Under the pieces are notes generated by a model. It ran no database searches, was not told the origin of the DNA, and saw only the letters and a list, made by a program, of their open reading frames with translations. A stretch of DNA of 61,276 bases, counting the filler, from Nemertoderma westbladi (lineage: Eukaryota > Animalia > Xenacoelomorpha): the NCBI GenBank assembly GCA_032718475.1. It is 3 parts of 3 records of this genome, joined end to end, with 100 filler letters (N's around TTAATTAATTAA, not from the genome) between each part and the next. Parts side by side here need not be neighbours in the genome. Positions count along the whole stretch, not along the records: positions 40,806 to 61,276 come from JAUCBJ010003103.1; 2 more parts are not named here. One strand, 5' to 3'. Positions 49,546 to 61,276 of this stretch are shown here, in pieces. The translations under genes were made by a program, and so were the position numbers. The stretch's first letter is position 1; the number at the start of each line of letters is the position of its first letter.

Positions 49546-52500
49546 ATGAGCCAACAGGAGCCCCGATTATCAGAGGGAGAGAGAACGTCGCTGAGGACCC
49601 CGGACGACACAAACCAAACGATCCGAGAGGCCGCTACAAGATGGTATCGGCCCGCCACGCCGGATTCGTCAATGAGGGACGATCCGGCTACCCAAGCGGA
49701 GGGCGGCCGTCAACCAAGAGGGAAAGACGAGTCGACGCACGATGACGTCGGCAGTCAGAGTACCGAAGTCGCCGGCCAGCCACAGGCCGAGGGCGACGGA
49801 CGGCCCACTGGAACGGCGACGGTGGGGCCACCGGTACGACGCCGGACGAGGAGAGAAGGTAGAGTCGACGAAGAGGACGTCGGGACAAGTGATCGGCTAC
49901 GACGGGCCTACAACGCCACCAAGAAACTACTCAAAGAGGCCAAGGAGGGGAGAAAGGTAGACCAGCCTAAACTATACCAGAGGCTAGGTGAGTCGAATAA
50001 ACATTTTCATTATTTAGTCCGTTTCGGACAGGGAGAACTGGCGAGTGAGAGAGCGAGGGGGATCGCCACAGAACTGTTTGAATTGTGGCGGTCCGGGGTA
50101 ATGGAGCCAGACGTAGTGTACGTAGGGCCTTACTTAGTGGATGCTAGGGGAATTAAGTTAGTGGGATGGGCGGACCCGCACGACGGCGAATCCGAGGTTA
50201 ACCCCGAGGATTCAATGTCGTCGGTTAGTAAAAACCCAGTAAACGGGGGAAAGTTAGTAGGACAGAGAGGCGACGGGAGTCCGTCGTGACCGATAAGTCC
50301 GCTACATCCTCCGCGAATGCAAGAAGGGTGTTAGAGATAGATCTGGCGTGTCAACTAGACATTGTGGCGCTGGATCAGAAGGAGTTGGAGAGGCAACTAG
50401 ATGAGGGAACCTCATTATTAGAGAGAGAGAGAGAGTTAGCGAGGGAATGTAAAGAGAGGGCCGAGAGGGTGGCGAGAAACTTTAGAGAGGGTGAGGAGAG
50501 GGAAATAAGGGAGGGCAAAGAGCGAGAGGCGAGAGAGGCGAACGAGCGCAAAGAGTGAGAGGCGAGAGAGGCAACAAGGATTGAGAGAGAAACGAACGAG
50601 CGCAAAGAGCGTGAGGCAAAGAGGGTTGAGAGGATTGCGAGAGAGGCAGAGTTGGCCGACCAAAGTATGAGGGAGGATAGAGAGAGAGAGAGAGAGGGCG
50701 GGCAGACGTATGCGGGATGATATGCATACCCAGTTGAGGGGGCTTATGCAATACCAAGCGAAGCAAAAGCACCAGTTAGAACTGGCAAAGTTGGGATTAT
50801 CGGAGAGTGAGGCTGGTTCGGGTAGTATTTACGAAGAACCAGAGGTAATGGAAACCTTTGTGAATACCCCACTTACAGGTACAGGACGACAGACCCAGGA
50901 CTGGTGTAACCGTACGATCGGGGGGGGGGGGGGGGGGGGGGGTGGGTAATAATAATACGTTAGAAGGAATTAATATTAATAGTACCATAATAGACAACCC
51001 TAATCAAACCTTTGTTGCAGGAAATAATATTTTACCCAGTAATAATAATTCTGATTTAAATGTGCAAAATAATCCAAATAATAATTCTAATTTAAATGTG
51101 CAAAATAATCCAAATAATTCTAATTTAAATGTGCAAAATAATCCAAATAATAATTCTAATTTAAATGTGCAAAATAACCCAAATAATAACCCTAATTCTG
51201 AACAAAATAATTTAAATAATTTAGGTAACAATGTTGCGTTAGATAATAATCCCGGGGAAATTAATCAAAATAATATTATCAATAACGGTGCAATTAATAC
51301 GAACGTAGGGGAGACAGATGGTCCGGCCAGCGAGAGCCTGCAAGGCCACGTAGTTACACAGGGAGTAGTGGGGGTGAGTCAACCCAACGAGAGCCTGCAA
51401 GGCCACGCAGTCACACAGGAGATTGCGAGTATCCCCAGGAGCGTCCAACCGGGTAGAGAGAGAGAGGTTGGCGCCGTGAGCGGGCAAGCGACAAGACGTC
51501 GAGCCCAGTCAGAAGATGGAAGAAGAACAGTGGAGTTTATCCGGGAGGTCGAAGCGAGATCTCAGAAAGGGGATTGCTACACTGAAGAGAGAAGAAGTGA
51601 AGAGAATAGAAGAAGTGTTGCTACGAGCAACCGGAGAGGAAGGACGGACAGTGAACCATCGGTAGCAGAGATGGAGTTAGAGAGCCAGTGGGGTCGAACT
51701 CCGGGAGATTGCCGTCGCCCTGGAGAGACGCAGCCTGGTGAGATATACCACACACAGGGAGAAGGGTACAGGATGTACCAGTACGAGGATGAGGACAGGA
51801 GAGGGGATCGAAGAGAAACTTCCCGACAGCGCGACAGGATGTAGCTGCTGATCGAGAGTATGGTAGTCACGGGGAGGACTTCTTGGAATATTCGAGAAGA
51901 TTAAACTTCGGTCCGGAAGGACACAGGCAGACTGCAGGACATACTGTAGGCCTTACTGCACATACTATAGGCCATGCTGGAAGAGATGGTGTAGGCGATA
52001 GGGTAGCGCGGAAAACGGGATTAGATCCGGAAGTCGCGGCATACATACCGGTAGGTAGGCAAGAAGTGGATAGGCCTATACCGGTACCTGCACACCAGTA
52101 TGACTATAATATACAAGGATATAACATATACCCAAGGGAGGGGGGAGCTATTGCCGATAGATGTATAGGCCCTAACATGGTAACATCAACCCCAATACCA
52201 AATATAACACTGGGGGGGGGGGGGGGGCAGGGTAACATTCCTCCATTACAATATCAGCAATATACTCAACCAAGAACAAAACCCCCAAACCCCTCGGACC
52301 AAAATAAATCGTGTGATACAGAGATATGAGATATATATACAGAGATATACAGAGATATATTCCGGCGTATGTACAGTAACGAGATATTGACAAAGAATCT
52401 GACGCAGGTGGAGTGCCTAAAATACTTACAAGTTTACACAGGGGGACCAGCATACGACATTACAAGGCAGTCAAGGTATCAAGGGTGGATTCACGACTGC

Positions 52501-55500
52501 ATGGCGGGCCCTAGACAGGGAATTCGGACATCCTGCTAAAATCATCCGACAAACCTTAAGGGGAATAACATCAGGTGGACTACAGGATAACCCTGTCAGC
52601 ATCAAGACTTTCGCGAATAAAGTCGAAAAGGCGCTGATTGTGCTGAAGACCTTCGATGCAACTTACAAACTCAATGCATCGAATAACATCACCACAATAG
52701 CGCAGGCACTGCCGATCTGGCTAAGAAACAAGTGGAGAAAGATCGCCTTCTCCTCCCAGGAGAAAAAAGGTGCGGAACCAGGCCTAGAGGAAATGTCGAA
52801 CTTCCTCAATTACGAGGCGGAACTAATCACAGACCCAGTCTACAGCGAGGATAGTCTGGGGAGGGTGCCGAGGACCGAATACAACAGGCCAAAACCAGAA
52901 CATAGTGCGGCAAATGAGTTACCAAAGTTAAGACAGTCGCTACCATACGCGGCGACATAGGGGACTGCAAGTCCACAGATAGCCGGGGGTAGGGCCACAC
53001 CGTGGCATGAACAGGGACAAAATAATAACATGAACAAATATAACCCCAACATGCCCAGTAGGCCAAATCCAAATAACCAAAACACTAAACCAGTAGATGT
53101 GAATCTTCGCGCAATACGTGTAGTGCTATACAAGGAACGTTACAACCCAGGATACAAATGTCAATTGCATAAAGATGGAACCCATAAGACCATGGACTGT
53201 AAGCATTGGCAGGTGTTACTCGAACAAGATCAGATAGCCTACGCTGATAAGAATGGAATTTGTCACCTATGTGTGGTAGGAGGACACAGAGTTGCAGAGT
53301 GTAAGGAGACACCAATAAGATTCGGTCAAGGCAAAGGTCAAACAATTGCGACAAGCACCATAGGAGCGAAGAGAAGGGGAACGGTACTACTCGGGGTGGT
53401 ACCGGTGAGGGTGATAGGAGAAAGCGGCCGATCAGTCACGACACTGATGCTGGTCAACAGCAGAGCAGCCTTCACGCTGGTGGAGAATTGGGTGGCCGAG
53501 GAGATAGGGTTGCAGACGAGGCCGAGTAGAATGGCGGTAACTACTATCTCGAGCAAGGATGAAGTCCTGGAGTTGAGAATGGGATGGTGCGAGATATCAG
53601 CAATAGCACCAGGATGTGATTATGGGGTGACCATCGATCCCATTCAAATAATAGAATCAATCAATATAAATGCCAGGTGACCCACTAGGATCGAGGTCGA
53701 GCAATACCGGTTCCTGGACGATATCGATTTCTCAACACCGGAAGTGGACGTCTCGAAGGTATCCATCATAGTCGGAATGGATTGTCCGATGGCACACGAG
53801 AGAGTACGGACCATATTCGGAGAGAACAGGCAGCGCAATCCGATGGCAATTCTCACGCCATTCGGATGGACGCTTAGCGGCCCAATTAAAACCAAAATTC
53901 AATTCTGGGTGTCGGAAACATCAGGGTTCATGTTCGCAGTGACAATGAGGGAGATGGAGGATGAAGGAGCAGAGGAGCAGCTTAAGAGGCTGCTGAAGTA
54001 GGACTTCGAGGGATTAAAGGAGGCCGGAGTCGGGACCTCGGTAGAAGATAAACAAGCTATAGAGAGCGTAAAGGAGTCGATGAAGTGCGAAGATGGACGG
54101 TACACCATAGGAATGGTGTGGAAACAACCAAAGATACCGTTACCAGATAACAACGGGATGGTACTCACGAGGCTTCGCAAACGGAAACAGACGTTCAGAC
54201 GGAGCCCCGAGAAGGACGAGTACATCCACAAGACAATCAAGAAATACGTACGTCGAAAAGGGGTGGGCCGTGGAGTTACCGGTCGACGAGCCAAACACAG
54301 ACAGAACCTACTATCTGCCACTGCACGTGGCTTTAGATCCAAAGAAGGGTAAACTGCGGATGGTGGTTGATGCGTCGGCCAAAACGAATGGCAAGAGCCT
54401 GAACGACTATTTGCTGGAGGGCCCCAACATCTACAACTCGGGGATAGAGGTCCTGTTGAGATTCAGAAATGGGAGGCACACCTTCACGTGCGACATTGAA
54501 GGCATGTTCAACCAAGTCCGTGTGACGGAAGAAGACAGCGATAGTCAGCGCTTCCTATGGTACAATGGCGACGAAGAACCGTCTGAGATACCGATGTACA
54601 AAATGGTGGTACAAAACATGGGGGCCAAGTCGTCCTCATTTACAATGACTACGGCTGTGAGAGATCAGTAGAGGGCAAGGAAGGAGAGTATAGTGCGAAG
54701 GCGATCGACATGAATCGACGCGGTTTCTATGTAGACGACGGGATGGGATCTGGAAACACGGTTGAAGAAATACTGGAGATAGGGTGCGAGGTTCGCGACA
54801 TCCTAAAAGGATCCGGGTTCAACCTTACTAAGTTCCAGTCCAGCTCAGAGGAATTCATGAAGGCCATAGAAGACAAACGACCGGAGTCGACCATGGACAA
54901 CCCCACAACAGCAAAGGCACAGGATATGGCAAACAAGAGAGTGGAGTCTCAGCAAAAGGCACTAGGGATCGTGTGGAACCGGGAGACGGATGAGTTGGAG
55001 TATCAACTGAGCCAAGAGGGTGCAGAGATCCACACTAAGCGGGGCTATGTATCGTACATAGCAAGGATATATGATCCCCTAGGCCTAGCATCCCCATTGT
55101 TAGTCACGGGGAAGCAAATACTAAAGAAAGTATACAAGTTAAAGGATGAGTGGGATACGGAGGTCCCGGAAGAAATAAGTAAACAGTGGAGTAAGTGGAC
55201 GGGGAGTCTAGAGGCATACAGTATGCCACGCGTGTATTTCCCAGATGGAGACATGACGGACCTGGATCTACACATGTTTTCCGATGCATCCTTGGAAGCA
55301 TATGGAGTGGCACTTTATTTAGTACAGCGAAAGGGGGCTCATAAGCCCAGACTCACATTTAGTAAAGCAAAGTCGACGCCACCAGATTCAGCATCAGTGC
55401 CGAAACTCGAGTTGACAGCTGCGAGGTTAGGAGTAAGGGCCACAGCTTACTTGATGGACACTATACCCAACATAGTGGAGACACACTACTGGATGGACTC

Positions 55501-57223
55501 CATGGTAGTGTTAGGGTGGCTACATAACGAGAAGATGAGATACCCTATATTCGTCGCGAATAGGATAGACGAGATAAGGGCGACGACTGACCTAGAAAGG
55601 TGGCATTACTGCCCTACCGACAACAATCCAGCAGATCTGTTATCGAGGGGCGTGGCATGCCGCACTTTCTCAAAGAAGGAAGAGTTGTGGCAGCATGGGC
55701 CACACTTCCTAAGCGATAGGTCGGCCTGGCCACCAATGAGGAAGGTGGACCCGGGCTCAGAGGAAGTAGTAGCAGAAGAGGAGGGGGAGGATTCAGAAGG
55801 GGAAGAGATATACAGCCAGTTGGTGAGGGAGATCAAGGAAGTGCCACTGTAATCAGAAGAACCATGCGATAATCTGACGGACAGGTTGCTCAGTTACAGC
55901 TCCAGCTGGTATAAGACTCAGAAGTTGGTAGCGTATTGGAGGGCCTACGGGGATTTTCTCAGGGGAGTTGGCAAGGATACCAAAAGGACGCCAACCATCG
56001 ACCTGGAAGGAGCAGCTAAAGCTGTAATACGATACGAGCAAAGAAAGGGGTACGCCGACGAAGTAGACAGAGTCAGCAAACAACAACACCTTCGTCGAGA
56101 CAGCGAACTCAACACGCTGTCCCCGCAGTTGAACGATGACGGGATTCTGGTGATGAATTCCAGGGTGGTGAACAACAACAGCTTAGTTGTCCCACCGAAA
56201 CCCATATTAATCCCCAATAAATCACCAATAGTCCATCAGATCATATGGGACTCGCATAAATCGATACTACACGGAGGCACGAATTAGACCCTCACGGAGA
56301 TACGAAGGATGTTCTGGATCACCCAACGTAGGAAGAAGGTGAAGGCGGTAGTGGGGCAGTGCCAGACCTGCCGACGGACGAGAAAGGAGAGGGCCGTACA
56401 GGAGATGGCGCCATTACCGGAATAGAACTTGTGCAGGACGCTACGGCATCGGCATTTATTAATGCCTTAGAAAGATTTGTAAACCGCAAAGGGGGAACAA
56501 TCAAGATGATATACTCAGATAACGGGACCAACTTCGTGGGAGCGGAGAACGAGTTGGCTGAGGCCTTCGACATCCTAGAGGGAGAAGATGTCAGGACGGC
56601 TATGAGAAACACGGCAAGTGAAGTGGGAAAGGAGAATGCCGTACGCGCCACATACGTTAGGGTGTGTAGAGAGATTAGTCGGTAGTTCCAAGCATTTAAT
56701 GACGAAGCTAATGAACAACCACATGGTCACAGAGGACATACTCAGAACGGTGCTAGCCAAGTGCGAGGGAATCATTAATAGCAGACCGCTATATCCAGAA
56801 AATGACAACAAGGAATCACTGGACGTACTAACACCAGGACATTTCCAAATGGAGAGGCCGGCGACGATCGACATACGGAGTGTTGACCCAGATGACATAC
56901 ACTCCCGTCAAAGCTAGGAAAGTCGCCAAGGCAATAAGTGCGGAGTATTGGAGGAGATGGGTAGAAGAATATCTTCCGACGTTGCATAGGAGAAGTAAGT
57001 GGAGAAACACCAATAGGGAGTTGAAGGTGACTTGGTAATCGTCACTGACGACACAATTATCAATAACCAATGGAGACTAGCGAGAGTGGTAGATACTTAC
57101 CCCGATGAGGACGGAAGAGTCCGGTCGGTGGAAGTGAGGATAGGAGGCAAGATAGGAGCCAAAGATAGGAAGACCTACAGGAGGGCTGTGGGAAAGTTCT
57201 GCGTATTGGAAGGGGCACCTTAG
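49546..57223 (+). pseudogene. Family B gag-pol, heavily disrupted
   Basis: LPIWLRNKW (Gag), CHLCVVGGHRVAEC, LTPFGWTLSGP, DIEGMFNQV, FYVDD, LHMFSDAS, SDNGTNFVGA, YWRRWVEEYLPTL. Confidence 0.92.
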
Positions 57224-57344
57224 AGTTTAGTCGTCCAATATGTTGGACTAAGGGGGGTGGGAATGAGGGTGAGACGCCCTTCCCACATAAAAATATAAAA
57301 AAAAAATAATAAGCAAATAATAAAAATAAGAAGCGAGATATTTG

Positions 57345-57545
57345 AAAGTTAGAAAGTTAGTTAGAAGTTAGTAAGAGTTAGTAAGAAGTAAGAAAATTAG
57401 AAAGTTAGTTAGAAGTTAGTAAGAGTTAGTAAGAAGTAAGAAGTTAGAAAGTTAGTTAGAAGTTAGTAAGAGTTAGTAAGAAGTAAGAAGTTAGAAAGCT
57501 AGTTAGAAGTTAGTAAGAGTAAGAGGAGAGTTAGAAGTTAGAGAA
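57345..57545. repeat. Tandem A/G/T-only repeat in the family B 3' non-coding region
   Basis: (aagttagaaagttagttagaagttagtaagagttagtaagaagtaag)-like, about 4 copies. Confidence 0.85.
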
Positions 57546-58329
57546 TATGGAGTGTGGTATATAGACATACCATGAGAGTAGTATCGGGGTACATAGTACC
57601 GTGGGAGTCAGAAGTTGTGGGCAGCGAGAGCACCACATAGTAAGAGAGTAGGGGGTATGGTATATAGGTATACCATAGGAGTAGTAGTAGGATACGTAGT
57701 ACCATAAGAGTTAGAAGTTGTGGGCACTGAGGGCGCCACGTAAGTAAGTAGGAAGGTAGATACGATAATAGCACAGACAGGGGAACAAAAAAAAATAATA
57801 AAATAAAGTTAGGGGACTAATTGACTAGAATGGCAGGACGAGACTTAGACGGACCCCACTAACATGATGCGCACATGCGTGGGACGTAATAAGTATATTG
57901 AGAATGAAAACGAAAATGGGGAATTGGGGGAAGTACGGAGAGGATGTGTTGACACGTGAGGGAGTGAGAGGAGTGCAATTCAAGTGTGGGCAATGAGCAG
58001 TAAGAGAGAGACAAAGGGACAATGAGGTCTGTGAGAGAGAGAGTAAGTGACAGAGATTTCCGAGAGTGAGATTAGAGCGAGGACGTAGAAAATTGTGTGA
58101 AGAGAGAGCACAATTGTCTCGAACAGAGACGCCAGATACCTTGGTGCAGCATAGCTCGCAATTGCACCAAGGAGGGGTAGTAATAACATACCCAGGGGGG
58201 GCGGTCAGGGAAGCCGACCCCGAGAAAAGAACTCCACCCCACACCCGATATTAGATTGGGTTCCAGCGGAATTGAAGCGCACTTAAGGTTGATGCTATCT
58301 TCTCACCGGGAAGATAGCATGGGGGGGAG

Positions 58330-58998
58330 TGTAAGTGGGTTCAATTCTACTTCATTACCCACCAGAAAATGGGACCAGTGGCATTTCACCAATAAGTTGG
58401 GGATACGAAATTACCAATATTAATCTCGTCTCATAACCAACATTGGGGGGGGGGGGGCGACACAAGCCCTAAAGCCACAGAGAGAGGTCAAACCACCTCG
58501 GAGGGAATACAGCTAGTAGAGGCTACCAGTGCAGCGGGGGGAAACACTCACAGGGAGTGCCAAAGTGACAATTAGTATATTAGCCAATAGCGGGGAGGGA
58601 AGCACGTTATTAGAGATAGGAAAACATCCATTGGATAAAGAGGGCCAAGTACAGTAAGAGGTGAAATCAATATCCAAGTGTGTTAATCATATATTATTCT
58701 GCATTACTGATTTACCGCTCAGTTCATTAGTTACTCAGTTGCAGACCAGTCATAGTTTATGACCGTCACCGCCACTAACATCAGCAATTATCTGTGTATT
58801 TTCTGCTATTATATCTGTGTCATTACTGATTTACCGATTTACCGATTGTGTTATTATCGTTTTGAATATCAACATCGAGAAACAGAAACTCTATTATTTT
58901 CCCCAACGGCCTTCGGCCAAAGCGACTTAGCATAACTGCCCAGCAGAACGGTGACGCGTACAACTCTAACCCAGTCAGGATCTTAGGATCCCGTCACA
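58330..58998 (+). repeat. 3' LTR, family B
   Basis: tgtaagtgggttcaattc...cccgtcaca, preceded by a hairpin and PPT. Confidence 0.88.
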
Positions 58999-59208
58999 GG
59001 ATCTAAGTTCATCAAAGTCAGGCCCTACAGGATCTGAGTTCGTTTTACCATTATTCACATAGAAATTGTCAAATGTACTGGTAGGCACCGATCATCAGTG
59101 TCAGATTGGCGACTCGTACCGGTACATTCAGACATTGGGCCTACCCTACCCCTACACACTACCTACTTACAGAATTATTCATTATTAATTCATAATCAAA
59201 TTTACAAA

Positions 59209-59448
59209 ATGATACGACGAAATCCGACTAGAATAGAACTTAAATTAGATGACTTGGACGAATATCTGAAGAAAAATGATAAACCAGGAACCAATGGTAA
59301 AGACCTGAGTTTATTGGATCAGTCGAAATCTGGGAGCACATCAAAGGATGACGAAATCAGGCGTCGGATTGGTTGCAGTACGAGTAACCACGGTAATCAT
59401 TCAAATGAGACGACGATAAGAATAACCAGAAGTTTAGCCAGATGTTAG
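59209..59448 (+). CDS. CDC26: Anaphase-promoting complex subunit CDC26 (APC12), 79 aa
   Basis: MIRRNPTRIELKLDDLDEY is the CDC26 N-terminal signature; later IRRRIG resembles INDRIG; aaaATG context. Confidence 0.9.
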   Translation: MIRRNPTRIELKLDDLDEYLKKNDKPGTNGKDLSLLDQSKSGSTSKDDEIRRRIGCSTSNHGNHSNETTIRITRSLARC

Positions 59449-59739
59449 ACGAAACTTCATGGACCGATCCGCTACCTATCACTGGACTACCACTACCGGT
59501 ACTGGACTATCCTGATCCACTGTCCGGTTTTTATTTTTCAAATGAGAACCACCTCGCCGCCGCGTACCGGTATCTGCATATCCATCCAATAATCCAATAT
59601 GCATATGCATTGCAATCCGCGAATCTTTGATTGATGATCCGTATTTGGGGAAATAAGTCGCAATGTCAGATAAGAAACCGAAACCAGTGTGCCGGTACAC
59701 AAGTCCCTAAAAGGTGCCACCCTGCTCCATAGCGCGGGA

Positions 59740-61017
59740 AATTCAAATGATTTTAAGACATTTTATTTCTGTATTAGATTTGTACTGGAAAGGGTGGAAG
59801 CTTAGATCTGCCACCTATCAGCCTATATATTGGCGGTAAATTCAAATCTGTTTTAACATTGAATACATGAATAGAGTAAGACTAATCTAATTCATTGAAT
59901 CTGAGTAAATTATTTCTTATCGGTTTAATTCATTCATCCGTAATTGTTGTTGTTTTATCTATTCTGGGACTTCGAGCAGCACGTGAACAACTAAACCAGC
60001 ACGTTAACTAGTCTGGGGCTTCGAGCAGCACGTGAACAACTAAGCTGACTGGTTAACTAGTCTGGGGCTTCGAGCAGTACGTGATCAACTAAGCTGACTG
60101 GTTAACTAGTCTGGGACTTCGAGTAGCTGAGTAGCACGTGAACAACTAAGCTGACTGGTTAACAAGTCTGGGACTTCGAGCAGCACGTGAACAACTAAGC
60201 TGACTGGTTAACTAGTCTGGTACATGTCTGGGACAGATATCGCAGTATATGCAGAGGCATTATACACTATTGTTATTACAGTAGGCCTACTGTACCTGCG
60301 ATATATTTTACTATCAGTTCCCTGCTATATTGTTATAATTATAATGTTCTGATGTAATTATAACTGATGCAAGCAAATAATAAATGTTCTTTACATTTTA
60401 CTGATAGAAGTCAAATCAAATCCCCCCCCCCCTCCCCCCCTCCTCAATTTGCAATTTTTTGTCGAAGTCCCAGACTTGTTAACCAGTCAGCTTAGTTGTT
60501 CACGTGTTACTGGAAGTCCCAGACTTGTTAACCAGTCAGCTTAGTTCTTCACGTGCTGCTCGAAGTCCCAGACTTTTTAACCAGTCAGCTTAGTTGTTCA
60601 CGTTCTGCCTGAAGCCCAGACTAGTTAACCAGTCAGCTTAGTTGTTCACGTGCTGCTCGAAGCCCCAGACTAGTTAACGTGCTGGTTTGGTTGTTCACGT
60701 GCTGCTCGAAGTCCCAGACTAGGTAACAGGCCAGTTTAGTTGTTCACGTGCTGCTCTGCCCCAGACTAGTTAACGTCAGGTTTAGTTGATCACGTGCTGC
60801 TCGAAGTCCCAGAATAGATAAAACAACAACAATAACGGATGAGAGAGTTAAACCGATAAGAAATAATTTATTCTGATTCAATGAATTACATTAGTCTTAC
60901 TCTATTCATGTATTCAATGTTAAAACAGATTTGAATTTACCGCCAAAATATAGGTAGCGTATGTGATCTGCCACCCTTTCCAGTACAAATTACATGTCTT
61001 TCAATCATTTGAATTTG
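59740..61017. mobile_element. Foldback/MITE-like element with long IR arms containing ~48-bp tandem repeats
   Basis: 59740-60220 is the reverse complement of 60465-61017; unit agtctggggcttcgagcagcacgtgaacaactaagctgactggttaact. Confidence 0.85.
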
Positions 61018-61276
61018 TATTACTTACATTGCAGGATAAGTTAGTGTACTGTAGATTGGTATTATTTTACTGTTTACGAGACCAGTGCTGACTCTTAATG
61101 ATTGTTTGATTCGTGTCGTTGAAACTCAGTTGTTCCGTATTCTGGTGTTTGGCACGTCACACTTACTTTTTTTGAGTGAATATATGGATGATTATATATA
61201 TATCATATATGATATTACTAACAGATCATGTAATATTAAAGAAAATTTTTTAATAATATTGACCGCGTTGGCTACC

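Larger units (their letters stand above)
48872..58998 (+). mobile_element. BEL/Pao family B element with two LTRs, degenerate
   Basis: LTRs 48872-49493 and 58330-58998 (TGT...ACA); TSD ggata/ggatc; PPT gggggggag at 58321-58329. Confidence 0.92.

Noticed and set aside
57345-57545. Telomeric repeat
   Set aside because: TTAG-containing but not TTAGG/TTAGGG; internal to a retrotransposon
59098-59208. N-terminal extension of the CDC26 ORF
   Set aside because: GTG start; CDC26 homology begins at the ATG at 59209

Overview
Eukaryotic, repeat-rich animal (probably invertebrate) genomic DNA with spliced genes and no prokaryotic features. It consists of three contigs joined by artificial 100-bp N-linkers containing TTAATTAATTAA (24294-24393, 40706-40805), so adjacency across the linkers is not biological evidence. 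Host genes: a WAVE/SCAR (WASF) gene on the minus strand (4 exons traced, last VCA exon not found) and a single-exon CDC26 (APC12). Most of the window is mobile DNA: two copies of one BEL/Pao LTR family (family A, >2-kb LTRs), one degenerate BEL/Pao element of a second family (B) inserted in a 31-bp satellite, several LINE fragments, a P/THAP transposase relic, hAT, MITE, foldback and Helentron-like elements, and several satellites. Most interesting system: family A carries a roughly 1200-codon extra ORF after pol with a WRN/Mut-7-like DEDDy 3'-5' exonuclease and three CCHC knuckles. That ORF is split by a Helentron-like insertion containing a captured ALDH3 fragment. Family A also has a recurring 16-bp palindrome, a strong excess of GGTAAG (U1-site-like) motifs in gag-pol, and a duplicated hairpin+PPT.
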